Below are positions 1 through 9,256 of a stretch of 64,000 bases of DNA, one piece after another. Location: positions 56,393 through 120,392 of the forward strand of contig JACPJC010000003.1 of NCBI GenBank assembly GCA_016187745.1, given 5' to 3'. The position numbers and the translations under genes were made by a program. A model generated the notes under the pieces. That model was not told the DNA's origin, ran no database searches, and saw only the letters and a program-made list of their open reading frames with translations. The stretch's first letter is position 1. The number at the start of each line of letters is the position of its first letter. The DNA comes from Candidatus Iainarchaeum sp. (GTDB lineage Archaea; Iainarchaeota; Iainarchaeia; Iainarchaeales; JAXPJC01).

Positions 1-253
1 ACATGCTTGTAAGCGCGGAAAATCCAATTGCCTTCGGGTTGTCCTGCGTGATTTTCTCAATTATTTCCTTATCGGTAAGCTCGTCCGCAAGCGCGTCAAT
101 TATGTCCACTTTGTACTTCTTCCCAATCAGATATGCGGCAAGGCTTGCAAGCCCCAGCGGGGGCAAATGCCCCTCGTGCCCCCTGCCGATATTGCGCGAG
201 CCATAGCGCTCTGAAACGGAAAGCGGGGGGAATATGAATTCTACATCCAGCAT
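1..253 (-). CDS. B12-binding radical SAM protein, N-terminal part (runs off the window edge)
   Basis: Manual translation from ATG 253: MLDVEFIFPP...HLPPLGLASLAAYL...KVDIIDA...NPKAIGFSALTSM, the typical cobalamin-binding N-terminus; resembles the 3096..4571 protein. Confidence 0.8.
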   Translation of the reverse strand, partial: MLDVEFIFPPLSVSERYGSRNIGRGHEGHLPPLGLASLAAYLIGKKYKVDIIDALADELTDKEIIEKITQDNPKAIGFSALTSM

Positions 254-387
254 TATAGGAATATATTGCGGGAATGTTTTAATATCTGCTGTGTGCGCTT
301 TCTTTCTAAGTTTGTACTATTTATATCTTCTATATTACCCTCACAAATATATCTATATATCCTTTTGATAACTAGTTAATAGGTGAT

Positions 388-573
388 TTGAAAATGAGCG
401 AGGATTTGGTAAAGGCAGTGAGTGAAATTGAAGATTGGTTAGCTACAAGAAAAATGGAAAAAATAAGTGGGGAAATAAAATTGGGAAAGAGAAGGTTATT
501 CACAGAGCAGCAGATTATGAGGAAGTATAACCTATCAGGAAGCCCAGTACAAAAAACAATAAGTATTATTTAA
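388..573 (+). CDS. small hypothetical protein
   Basis: 61-aa ORF preceded by an AGGTGA SD-like motif; no recognisable domain. Confidence 0.4.
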   Translation: MKMSEDLVKAVSEIEDWLATRKMEKISGEIKLGKRRLFTEQQIMRKYNLSGSPVQKTISII

Positions 574-598
574 TATGATTTTGCTCTATTGATGAATT

Positions 599-1609
599 AT
601 GCCTGCGCAAAAACAAAACTTTCCTTTCATTTCAATAATTGTGCCCTTCAAGAAGGACTACCCATGGGTGCGCGAGTGCGTGGAATACTGCAAGGCGCTT
701 GATTATCCCAAAAACAAATATGAAATTATACTATTGCCAGATGTTCCTGTAAACAGGAAGGATTTCCCTGATTGCAAAATAATCGTAACAGGGGTTGTGA
801 ACCACTCCGCAAAGCGCAATGCGGGAATGCGCGCTTCTCGTGCAGAACTTTTTGCATTCATTGATTCGGATGCCTATCCTGAGAAAGGCTGGCTGAAAAA
901 TGCCGCAAAATATGCTGATGATGAGGGCATTGGCGCATTTGGCGGACCCAATTTAACGCCGCATAATGCAAATTTGATGGAAACAATAAGCGGATATGTG
1001 CTTGCAAATACTATTGCCGCGGGAAATATTGCTGTGCGCTACAGGATTGACAAAATTCAGGAAGCTCCGATGGTGCCGAGCTGCAACATGTTCATAAGCA
1101 GGAGTTCCGCGGAAAAGCTGAAAAGGGAAAAGGGGCATTTGTGGGATGAGAAGGCGCTTGCATATGAGGACCAGAAAATCTGCTATGAGCTGCGCGACCT
1201 CGGAAAGCGCATCATGTATGTAAGCGATGCTATTGTTTATCATCACAGGCGCGAAATGTTTTTGCCGCACATGGAGCAGATGTGGAATTACGCAAGGGAT
1301 GAGGCCTCACTCATGAAAGAGCGCATGAAATTTGACAGGATTATAGTAATGATGCCGAGCCTGTTTGTTTTGTGGCTTGCATTTGGATGGATTGTTCCAA
1401 TTATTAATGTACTTTATCTTCCGACGATTCTGCTCTATTTCATTGCAATTGCGGCATCAGGCATTACCCAGGATGCGGGACTGAGCCCGCTGATATTTGT
1501 GGGAATTTTCCTTACTCATATTGCATATGGGCTGGGATTCCTGCGCGGGCTGCTGCTTCCGAAAGTGGAGTTCAGCGCGGAATTCAAGAGAATTACTTAC
1601 AACAAATAA
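599..1609 (+). CDS. glycosyltransferase family 2 with C-terminal TM helices
   Basis: ISIIVP start, RNAG, FIDSDA (DxD), ED motif, hydrophobic C-terminus. Confidence 0.9.
   Translation: MPAQKQNFPFISIIVPFKKDYPWVRECVEYCKALDYPKNKYEIILLPDVPVNRKDFPDCKIIVTGVVNHSAKRNAGMRASRAELFAFIDSDAYPEKGWLKNAAKYADDEGIGAFGGPNLTPHNANLMETISGYVLANTIAAGNIAVRYRIDKIQEAPMVPSCNMFISRSSAEKLKREKGHLWDEKALAYEDQKICYELRDLGKRIMYVSDAIVYHHRREMFLPHMEQMWNYARDEASLMKERMKFDRIIVMMPSLFVLWLAFGWIVPIINVLYLPTILLYFIAIAASGITQDAGLSPLIFVGIFLTHIAYGLGFLRGLLLPKVEFSAEFKRITYNK
1571..1609 (+). repeat. direct repeat copy 1 (3' end of GT2 gene)
   Basis: TTCAGCGCGGAATTCAAGAGAATTACTTACAACAAATAA matches 2277..2315 at 35/39 nt. Confidence 0.85.
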
Positions 1610-1641
1610 ATGCATATATTTAAGTAAGTTTCTAACCAATA

Positions 1642-1659
1642 TTATAACTTATGTTATAA
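1642..1659. promoter_or_regulatory. inverted repeat, probable TA operator
   Basis: TTATAAC-TTAT-GTTATAA immediately upstream of the toxin ATG at 1677. Confidence 0.5.
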
Positions 1660-1676
1660 CAACACAAGGTGCCCCA

Positions 1677-1961
1677 ATGACGGATTGGATTAAAAAAGCA
1701 CTGGAAAAATACAGCAGAAACACGGTATTTGTGCATTTCCATCCGCATGCAGACATTAAAGTTCCGACAAGAAATGTTGATGTCGACAAAATTGTCAGCA
1801 CTGCAAGAAGAGGCAGGATATATGAAAGGAAGTCAACATATCCGAACAGAATCGCATTCAGCAATTTCTTCAAGGAAGGTTATACTTATGTTGTTATAGT
1901 AGAATTATTTCCAGATTCATTTCAGGTGAAAACCGTATGGAAAATAAAGGGGAGGATTTGA
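1677..1961 (+). CDS. putative type II toxin (DUF4258/RelE-like RNase)
   Basis: 94 aa from ATG 1677; FHPHA near the N-terminus and VKTVW at the C-terminus; directly upstream of a Zn-finger antitoxin-like gene. Confidence 0.6.
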   Translation: MTDWIKKALEKYSRNTVFVHFHPHADIKVPTRNVDVDKIVSTARRGRIYERKSTYPNRIAFSNFFKEGYTYVVIVELFPDSFQVKTVWKIKGRI

Positions 1962-1962
1962 T

Positions 1963-2271
1963 ATGATAAAAGTAAAATGCAATTGCGGCGGCGAATTCAG
2001 AGAGCAGACAGTCGAATTTGAGGGTTTTGATGTAAAGGGATTAAAATGCAGCAAGTGCGGGGAACTGACATTCACGCCAGAGCAATTCAGGAAGATTCTT
2101 GCACTGAAGGAATTGGCAAAAGAAGTCAATTCAACAAGGAAAGTGGTAAAAATAGGGAATTCTCTGGGCATAACACTGCCTAAAGCAATAAATGCTCTTG
2201 GATTGAAAGTTGGCAGCAAGATTGCATTAAGGCTCGAAGACAGAAAAAGGCTTCAGTTGGTTGTTGCTTAA
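1963..2271 (+). CDS. putative antitoxin: YgiT/MqsA-type Zn finger fused to AbrB/MazE DNA-binding domain
   Basis: CNCGG...CSKCGE zinc ribbon followed by RKVVKIGNSLGITLPK (AbrB signature). Confidence 0.75.
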   Translation: MIKVKCNCGGEFREQTVEFEGFDVKGLKCSKCGELTFTPEQFRKILALKELAKEVNSTRKVVKIGNSLGITLPKAINALGLKVGSKIALRLEDRKRLQLVVA

Positions 2272-2276
2272 TAGGA

Positions 2277-2315
2277 TTCAGCGCCGAATTCAGGAGAATT
2301 ACCTACAACAAATAG
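2277..2315 (+). repeat. direct repeat copy 2 (detached copy of GT2 3' end)
   Basis: TTCAGCGCCGAATTCAGGAGAATTACCTACAACAAATAG translates as FSAEFRRITYNK*, versus FSAEFKRITYNK* in the gene. Confidence 0.85.
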
Positions 2316-2356
2316 AATAATAAATGCAAGAGCACTAAATTCATTGTGAGAAGCCG

Positions 2357-3085
2357 ATGAATCCTAAATTACATAAATTGTTCAAGAAGAAAATGCCAAA
2401 GCCAAATGCATTTGCAAGAAAATACGCGATAACCCTTTCAGACCTTGAGCAAACGAAGGTAACGACACCTTTGGCTGCTGGCATTATAACCGGTGCTATT
2501 GCTAAAGAGGTTATTAGTCAATATGGAATTCCCCCTGTTGTTGGTATGCCTGTTGTTCTTTACAACATATATTCGGCAGGATCTCTTGCAAGCCTTGCAG
2601 TGAACAAAGCACTCAGATATAGAATTGCAAACTGCATAGGCAGACCAAGGTTTGCACGTAAGCTGATCTCTGAGCTTAAAAAGCAAGGAATGGAAAGAAA
2701 TGCACTAGACCCAAAACGTCTAAATGTATTAGGATGGCTAGAGAACATATCTTATATTAAGGGTGCATCGCATAGGGAAATCAAACAACTAAGAAATGAA
2801 TTTATAAAAGGCAATTTTGGTTCTGTAAGGTCTGCACTTAAAGAAATTTCATCATTTCAATATTTCAGAGAAAAAAATGGAAATCTTGCAGGGCTTATAC
2901 TCAAGAGAATTGAGGAAAAAAATGGAAAAGGTTTAGATGCCATCAAAATAACAAATTCTATTCTTAATGAATTCTTTGTTAGTAAAAAGTATGGTCACCA
3001 AATTAACATAAGAAATAAGTTATATAGTATAAGAATCCACAACCTAGAAGGAGAATGGCATGTGGAACTAATTGAGTCGAAATAA
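2357..3085 (+). CDS. hypothetical basic protein (ORFan)
   Basis: 242-aa AT-rich ORF with K/P-rich N-terminus; no recognisable domain. Confidence 0.65.
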   Translation: MNPKLHKLFKKKMPKPNAFARKYAITLSDLEQTKVTTPLAAGIITGAIAKEVISQYGIPPVVGMPVVLYNIYSAGSLASLAVNKALRYRIANCIGRPRFARKLISELKKQGMERNALDPKRLNVLGWLENISYIKGASHREIKQLRNEFIKGNFGSVRSALKEISSFQYFREKNGNLAGLILKRIEEKNGKGLDAIKITNSILNEFFVSKKYGHQINIRNKLYSIRIHNLEGEWHVELIESK

Positions 3086-3095
3086 ATATTGTTAC

Positions 3096-4571
3096 TTAAG
3101 CCTGCTCTATTTCCCGGTCTGTAAGCAAATCGCGCTTTTGCTCCGGATCTTCCTGCGCGCTTTCGCTCGGCTTGCTCCTTATCATTTCAAGCAGAGCTTG
3201 CAGGCCCTTGAAGGAAATGTAAATGTCCTGCGGGGAGCGCAGGCTTGCAATCCTGCTGAGTATGTAGCGCGGCCTTGAATAGAAGCGCTTGAAGGCATAT
3301 GTGCGCAGATATTCAATCTGCTCCTTTGTCATTGTATATGGAACAAAGGAAACATGGTGCATTGTTAATCTGTCAATATCCCCAATCAGCTTGCCGTATT
3401 TGCCTATATTGTCATAGAGGTCTGTCCCGGGAAGGGGGGTAAGTGGGAAGAATTCCGCATAAAACGGATTCAATTTGCATGCGAATTCAATTGTTTGGAG
3501 CGCCTCCTCATAAGTTTCGCCGGGAATTCCGAGGATAAAGGTGCAGAAGCTTTTTAGGCCAAGGGAATGGGTCAATTTAAGCGCCTTTTCAACGCGCTCA
3601 AGCGTTGTGCCCTTCCTGAGAGTATTCAGGTTTTTCTGCACTCCGCTTTCTATCCCGAACTGCAGATACCAGCAGCCCGCGCGCTTCATTGCAAGCAGCA
3701 TTTCCTTATCTATTGAATCAACCCTTGCTGTTGCGCTCCATGTGATGTCGAAATTGCGTTTTTTGAATTCATTGCAGGTTTCTATTACATTTTTCTTGTC
3801 GTATGTGAAAAGCTCGGTCCAGAATTTCACTTCCTTAATTCCATATTTCTGTATGTAAAATTCAAGCTCATCCGCGACTTTTATGGGATTGCGCGTTCTG
3901 ATGGTGCGCCCGGAGATTTTCGAGCAGAAGATGCAGTTCATTGGGCAGCCCCTTGACATTACCAGTTCGCCTGAAGGGAGCCTGCGGTAATGGCCAATGC
4001 TCGGCCTGTAGTTATGCAAATCTATCAAATCAAATGCCGGGTATGGAAGGGAATCCAAATCCTGGAGCAGGGGGCGCATTGGCGTTTTAACTATTCTTTT
4101 GCCATCCCTGAAAATTATTCCCTTTACATCGGCAAGGCTTTTGCGTTTCTCAAGCCTTTCAAGCAGCTCAACAATTGTCTGCTCCCCCTCCCCATAAACA
4201 ACCGCATCCAATTCAGCGCAGTCCTGCAGGCTTTTTTCCATAAGCGCTGTTGGATGCGGCCCCCCGACTAAAATGAAAAGATTCGGATTTTGGGCTTTCG
4301 CCTGTTGTATGAGCTCCTTTGCATGGAACCAGAGCATTGTTACAACTGAAATTCCGAGAAATTCCGGGTCATAGGACTTGATTTCGCGGAGCATCTGCGG
4401 AAGCGAGCAAACAGCGCCGTCAATCACTTTCACTTCATGGCCTGCCTCGCGAGCGCATGCCGCTAGATAGAGAATTCCTGTAGGCGCTGTAAGGCCTGCG
4501 ACATTCTCCTGCAGCTCGGCCATGTGCGTATCCCTGAAACTCCACGGGGGAACAACAAAAAGCGCTCTCAT
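3096..4571 (-). CDS. cobalamin-dependent (class B) radical SAM protein
   Basis: PTGILYLAA B12 domain, VGGPHPT, SRGCPMNCIFC (CxxxCxxC), FGIESG. Confidence 0.9.
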   Translation of the reverse strand: MRALFVVPPWSFRDTHMAELQENVAGLTAPTGILYLAACAREAGHEVKVIDGAVCSLPQMLREIKSYDPEFLGISVVTMLWFHAKELIQQAKAQNPNLFILVGGPHPTALMEKSLQDCAELDAVVYGEGEQTIVELLERLEKRKSLADVKGIIFRDGKRIVKTPMRPLLQDLDSLPYPAFDLIDLHNYRPSIGHYRRLPSGELVMSRGCPMNCIFCSKISGRTIRTRNPIKVADELEFYIQKYGIKEVKFWTELFTYDKKNVIETCNEFKKRNFDITWSATARVDSIDKEMLLAMKRAGCWYLQFGIESGVQKNLNTLRKGTTLERVEKALKLTHSLGLKSFCTFILGIPGETYEEALQTIEFACKLNPFYAEFFPLTPLPGTDLYDNIGKYGKLIGDIDRLTMHHVSFVPYTMTKEQIEYLRTYAFKRFYSRPRYILSRIASLRSPQDIYISFKGLQALLEMIRSKPSESAQEDPEQKRDLLTDREIEQA

Positions 4572-4623
4572 GAAAATAATATGTTCTGCACCTGAATTAA
4601 AAGCTATTTATTTGAGGCTTGTA

Positions 4624-5037
4624 CTATTTCTTCATTCCGGGAATCCAGAGGCCGGGCCTGCCCTTTATGAGGCATTCCGCAATGTCAGCATAGAAATGAA
4701 GCAGAATCCCGAGGGCAAAGGCGGCATTCCAGAGGTAAATGCCGAGCGCTGTAATCAATGCAACGAAATAAATGTTGTGGAAATAGGACTTGTTTGTTGT
4801 GTTTCTGTTGTCGTAATAGTATTTGTATGCCTCTATTATTTTCCACTGCCTGATGAGCCTGCGCGTATGGGCGTGCATGCTTGTTTTCTGGAAAAGAATG
4901 CAGGGCACATGGTCAAGCACATCAATGAAAATTGTAAGGAAAAGCGCCGCAACAAGGACAAGCTTTGGCATCGGGATGAATGAGGCAATTACCATATATG
5001 CCAGCGCGGTAACAACAAGATGGTTAAGGGAGTTCAT
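4624..5037 (-). CDS. membrane protein, possibly YdjM-like metal-dependent hydrolase
   Basis: TM helices with N-terminal H, DxxDH, FH and HxxxD motifs. Confidence 0.55.
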   Translation of the reverse strand: MNSLNHLVVTALAYMVIASFIPMPKLVLVAALFLTIFIDVLDHVPCILFQKTSMHAHTRRLIRQWKIIEAYKYYYDNRNTTNKSYFHNIYFVALITALGIYLWNAAFALGILLHFYADIAECLIKGRPGLWIPGMKK

Positions 5038-5978
5038 TTTTGTTCCCTGAAATATTCAATGGTTCTTTTCAGACCTTCTTCCAGCTCCACTTTAGGATGC
5101 CAGTTGAAAAGCTTTTTTGCGAGCGCTATGTCGGGCTTGCGCCTTTCGGGATCGTCCTTGGGAAGGGGCTTGAAAATTATCTCGGATTTTGAATTTGCAA
5201 GCTCTTTTATTTTTTGCGCGAGCTCCAGGATTGTGAATTCGTTCGGATTGCCTATATTCACGGGGAGATTGTAGTTTGCCTGCATAAGCCTCCAGATGCC
5301 GTCAATCTCATCGGAAACATAGCAGAAGGAGCGGGTTTGCTGCCCGGAACCGTAAATTGTAATGGGCTTGTTGTGCAGGGCCTGGTTTATGAAGTTTGTT
5401 ACAACTCTCCCGTCATCGGCGCGCATTTTCGGGCCGTAGGTATTGAAGATGCGCACAATCCTCGTATCCAGGGAGTATTTGCGGTAATAGGCCATTACGA
5501 GCGCTTCGGAAAATCTTTTGCTCTCGTCATAGCAGGACCTTGGGCCTATTGAATTCACATTGCCCCAGTAGCTCTCGTCCTGCGGGATTTTCAGTGCGCT
5601 CCCATAGACCTCGGAAGTGCTTGCCTCAAAGAATCTCGCCTTATTTTTGAGCGCCAGGTCAAGCATGTTCTTTGTCCCAAGGGAATTTACTAGCAGAATC
5701 TCCTCCGAAAGCCTGTCAAAATCAACAGGGGAAGCGGGCGAAGCAAGATTGTAAATTTCATCAATTTTTGAATTTAATTTCAGCGGGGCAGTAATGTCGT
5801 GCTTTATGAATGTGAAGTTCCTGTTTTTGAGCAGGTGCTGAACATTCTGCTTTCTCCCTGTGATTAAATTGTCAACGCATATTACTTTGTTGCCTTTCGC
5901 AATCAGCAAATCGCACAAATTGCTGCCCAAAAAGCCGGCGCCGCCCGTTACTAAGATTGTTTTCTGCTCCCTAGCCAT
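5034..5978 (-). CDS. UDP-glucuronate decarboxylase (UDP-xylose synthase)-like SDR
   Basis: [44 protein letters not shown]. Confidence 0.9.
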   Translation of the reverse strand: MAREQKTILVTGGAGFLGSNLCDLLIAKGNKVICVDNLITGRKQNVQHLLKNRNFTFIKHDITAPLKLNSKIDEIYNLASPASPVDFDRLSEEILLVNSLGTKNMLDLALKNKARFFEASTSEVYGSALKIPQDESYWGNVNSIGPRSCYDESKRFSEALVMAYYRKYSLDTRIVRIFNTYGPKMRADDGRVVTNFINQALHNKPITIYGSGQQTRSFCYVSDEIDGIWRLMQANYNLPVNIGNPNEFTILELAQKIKELANSKSEIIFKPLPKDDPERRKPDIALAKKLFNWHPKVELEEGLKRTIEYFREQK

Positions 5979-6705
5979 GGAATTCCCTTCTTGCCTGCTC
6001 CAGGGCCTCGGGCCAGCCTATGTCAAAGTATTTCTCCTCGTAAACAAACCCATAGAGCTCCTTTCTTTCAGTAAGCCAGATCATGAAATATCCCATCTTG
6101 TCAGGATTGCCGCCGGAATTAAGATATTCGCTGATTAGTTTTAGTTTTTCCCTCGGAAAGAAATATATGCCCGGGGAGACATAGGTTGTTTTCGGCTCTT
6201 TTGGCTTCTCTTCAAAGAGAATTACCCTTTTTGAGGCATCTATTGACGCATTGCCCTGCTCCTGCGCGACTTTCAGGGATTTTGCATCATGCAAGGCATT
6301 TACAATAACCCTTTTTTCCTTGAAGAACTCATATATCCTCCTCAATGAAAAGTTGAAGAGATTGTCCCCGTTAATGCTGATTAAATCATCGTCAATGCTT
6401 CCTTTCCGCAGGGCAAGTGCAATGTCCCCGATCTGCCCTAATCTGTTCTCATTCGAGGTTGTGTCGTCATTCAGGAGCTTTATCGGGATTCTGGAATTAA
6501 AATTCTTCAGCCAGGACTCAAAGTTCGGATAGAACTTTGCATTCGACACAATGTAGATTTCATCCACTGAATCCAACTCAACAATTTTGTCGATTATGTG
6601 CTCTATCATCGGCTTCCCCTGTATATCGAGCAGTGCTTTCGGCATGTTCTCGGTCAGGGGATAAAGGCGTGTCGCGTATCCCGCTACCGGAATTATTGCT
6701 TTCAT
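5971..6705 (-). CDS. sugar-phosphate nucleotidyltransferase
   Basis: [36 protein letters not shown]; start placed at ATG 6705 behind GAGGAGG. Confidence 0.9.
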   Translation of the reverse strand: MKAIIPVAGYATRLYPLTENMPKALLDIQGKPMIEHIIDKIVELDSVDEIYIVSNAKFYPNFESWLKNFNSRIPIKLLNDDTTSNENRLGQIGDIALALRKGSIDDDLISINGDNLFNFSLRRIYEFFKEKRVIVNALHDAKSLKVAQEQGNASIDASKRVILFEEKPKEPKTTYVSPGIYFFPREKLKLISEYLNSGGNPDKMGYFMIWLTERKELYGFVYEEKYFDIGWPEALEQARREFHG

Positions 6706-6724
6706 TTTCTTTTCCTCCTCAGTA

Positions 6725-6787
6725 AAACATTGAGCACACCAAAACATTTGGCACACGAGGTTTGCCAGCCAAGCGTGCTCAATGTTT
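6725..6787. repeat. intergenic stem-loop with 13-bp perfect inverted repeat
   Basis: AAACATTGAGCAC (6725-6737) and GTGCTCAATGTTT (6775-6787), with inner TGGCA/TGCCA pairing. Confidence 0.7.
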
Positions 6788-8079
6788 CAGCGCCCCATGC
6801 AGATGTAATTGAAGCCGAGCGCCTTCATTTTTTCCTTTTCAAACAAATTGCGCCCGTCAATTATCAATGGTGCTTTCATTGCGCTTTTTATTTTTCCCAG
6901 GTCCATTTCCCTCACTTCCTTCCACTCAGTAATTATAAGCAATGCTTCCGCCCCCTTTGCGGCGCCATAAGCATCGGCGCAGTATTCGATTTTATTCCCG
7001 AAGAGTTTCTTGGCATTCTCCTCTGCCTTGGGGTCAAATGCCTTTATCCTTGCACCCTCCGCAAGCAGTGCATTGATCACATCAACGCTTGGGGCAAATC
7101 TCATGTCATCAGTGTCAGGCTTGAACGCAAGCCCTAAAACTCCAATTGTTTTGCCCTTCAGGTTCCACAAGGCGCTTTCAATCTTTTTTATGAAATTTCT
7201 CCTCTGCACTTCATTTATTTTCTGCACTTCCTTCAGCAATGCGAAATCATAGCCCTTTTTTTCTGCAATCCTTATGAAGGCTTCGGCATCCTTCGGGAAG
7301 CAAAACCCCCCGTAGCCAAGGCCCGCGGCAAGGAAGCGCTTTCCTATCCTTTCATCATAGCCCATCCCTTCCGCCACTTTTTTAACATCCGCCCCAGTAA
7401 GCTCGCAGATATTTGCAATTGCATTAATGAAGGAGATTTTTGTTGAGAGGAATGCGTTGCTCGCGTGCTTTATTATTTCCGCGCTCTTAATGTCAGTAAA
7501 TAGAATTGGCGCATTCAGCGGGGCATATAATTTTTTCATAATTTCCTGCGCATGCCCGCTCTCTGTCCCTATTACAATCCTATTGGGTTTCATGAAATCA
7601 TTCACTGCCGTTCCCTCGGACAGGAATTCGGGGTTGCTGACAACCTCGAATTTTATATTGTGCGGGTTATGGCGCTGCAGGACTTCCGCAATCTTTTCCC
7701 CGGTTTCAACAGGGACGGTGCTCTTCTCAACAACAATTTTTGGGGTTGTGGAAATTTCAGAAATGCGTTTGCATGCATTCTCCACGTGGCTCAGATCAGC
7801 ATCGCCGTTCGCCTTTGGGGGGGTTCCAACGCAAATGAAAATTATTCCGCTCTTTTTAACGGCATAATCGAAATCTGTTGTGAATTCAAGGCGCTTTGCC
7901 TTGGTGTTTTTCTTCACAAGGTCTTCAAGCTGCGGCTCGTAAATCGGCATTATGCCCGCATTCAGCTTTTTTATTTTTTCCTCATCAATGTCAACGCAGG
8001 CAACGCTGTTCCCCAGCTCCGCGAAACACGCGCCTGTAACCAGCCCCACATATCCGCTGCCAATGATTGCAATGTCCAT
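6787..8079 (-). CDS. ugd: UDP-glucose 6-dehydrogenase
   Basis: GSGYVG, ICVGTP, KSTVPV, NPEFL, GYGGFCFPKD, AFKPDTDDMR. Confidence 0.92.
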   Translation of the reverse strand: MDIAIIGSGYVGLVTGACFAELGNSVACVDIDEEKIKKLNAGIMPIYEPQLEDLVKKNTKAKRLEFTTDFDYAVKKSGIIFICVGTPPKANGDADLSHVENACKRISEISTTPKIVVEKSTVPVETGEKIAEVLQRHNPHNIKFEVVSNPEFLSEGTAVNDFMKPNRIVIGTESGHAQEIMKKLYAPLNAPILFTDIKSAEIIKHASNAFLSTKISFINAIANICELTGADVKKVAEGMGYDERIGKRFLAAGLGYGGFCFPKDAEAFIRIAEKKGYDFALLKEVQKINEVQRRNFIKKIESALWNLKGKTIGVLGLAFKPDTDDMRFAPSVDVINALLAEGARIKAFDPKAEENAKKLFGNKIEYCADAYGAAKGAEALLIITEWKEVREMDLGKIKSAMKAPLIIDGRNLFEKEKMKALGFNYICMGR

Positions 8080-8192
8080 AAAAACCGCAAAAGAATAATG
8101 GATTAACATATATTAAAATGAATGTTATTTGAGGTTTGTACTATCAGAAAGCCTTTTAAACTTCGGAATGCAGAATATATGTGTGATGGGAA

Positions 8193-8294
8193 ATGGCAGG
8201 GCCTAAAATACCAAAAATAAAGAGGAAGGTTACGCAGGGAGAGCTGCTTAGGCACGGGATTAGCGGCTTAAGGAAATATTTCAGGCGCCTCTGA
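8193..8294 (+). CDS. putative 33-aa basic micro-protein
   Basis: MAGPKIPKIKRKVTQGELLRHGISGLRKYFRRL*, below the ORF-track cutoff; fills an intergenic gap behind a TTTTAAA box. Confidence 0.3.
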   Translation: MAGPKIPKIKRKVTQGELLRHGISGLRKYFRRL

Positions 8295-9141
8295 GGAATT
8301 TTTCCAGCATTTCTTTTTCTTCCGGTATCTGCGCTTCGCTCACATCCAGACCGTGCTCAAGCACCAGCGGGATTTTCTTAATTTGCTTTATTTTCAGCAG
8401 CCTGCGCAGGTCAAAATCCTCCGGAAGCGGCGCATGCTGGTCTGTTTTATAGGTTGCGCCCTTTGCATTGCTGAAATGAATGTGCATCTCAATTATTTTT
8501 TTGTGGAATTCGGGCAGCAGAATGTCAAGCTGGCTTTCAAAGAGCGAATGCCCAAGATCGAACAGCATGCCCAAATCAGGATAGCGCGCAAAAAGCATTT
8601 CAAAATCCTCTAGGGAATAGAATAATGGGCGGAGTTTTGATTCCCAAACAGTATTTTCCATGGCAAAATCCAGCCCGAGGGCATCTGATTTTTTCAGCGC
8701 ATAATCAAGGATCCCGGATGCATTATCGAGGCATTTTTCCTTCGGCCATTCCTCCATTGCGCCTGTTTCATTAAATCCGCTTTTAAGAGTCTTGCCGTAT
8801 GAGGCCTTTCCAAGATAGCCAGGATGCACTGCAACAGCGCGCGCTTCAACAATGCGCCCCGCCTCAAGCAGCCCGTCAATTATTTTCCTGTTTTTGGGAG
8901 TCAGGCCTTCTGCGATATTGAACCATAATCTTTCTTTCATCGGAGGGAACAGCCCGTGCACCGTGAATTGCAAATCAGGGAAATCCTTCTTTATTTTTTT
9001 GATTGTTTCAAAGGCATTCTTCTCATATGCGTGCGCTGCGCCAAGTTCTGCGCATTCAAAGCCGAGTTCCGCAATCTTCCGCACGCTTTCATAAATTCCG
9101 GAATTGCGCAAAGCAAAATAAGTGCTGCTCAAGCCAAGCAT
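8281..9141 (-). CDS. sugar phosphate isomerase/epimerase / AP-endonuclease-2 family TIM barrel
   Basis: VHG, VHPG, MEN, FDLGH, HIH, DQH and LE metal-ligand pattern. Confidence 0.8.
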   Translation of the reverse strand: MLGLSSTYFALRNSGIYESVRKIAELGFECAELGAAHAYEKNAFETIKKIKKDFPDLQFTVHGLFPPMKERLWFNIAEGLTPKNRKIIDGLLEAGRIVEARAVAVHPGYLGKASYGKTLKSGFNETGAMEEWPKEKCLDNASGILDYALKKSDALGLDFAMENTVWESKLRPLFYSLEDFEMLFARYPDLGMLFDLGHSLFESQLDILLPEFHKKIIEMHIHFSNAKGATYKTDQHAPLPEDFDLRRLLKIKQIKKIPLVLEHGLDVSEAQIPEEKEMLEKFLRGA

Positions 9142-9256
9142 ATTGAAAGGAACGCACAAAAAGGAATAAAAAGGGGATGAAATATGGAGCCACATATATC
9201 GGCAAAGAACGTAAAAATAGAAATGCTTAAATAGTGGTTAGTGCATAAAATATTGC

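Noticed and set aside
1497-1676. N-terminal extension of the toxin ORF in the ORF track
   Set aside because: It overlaps the GT2 gene and the promoter/operator; ATG 1677 follows an AAGGTG SD
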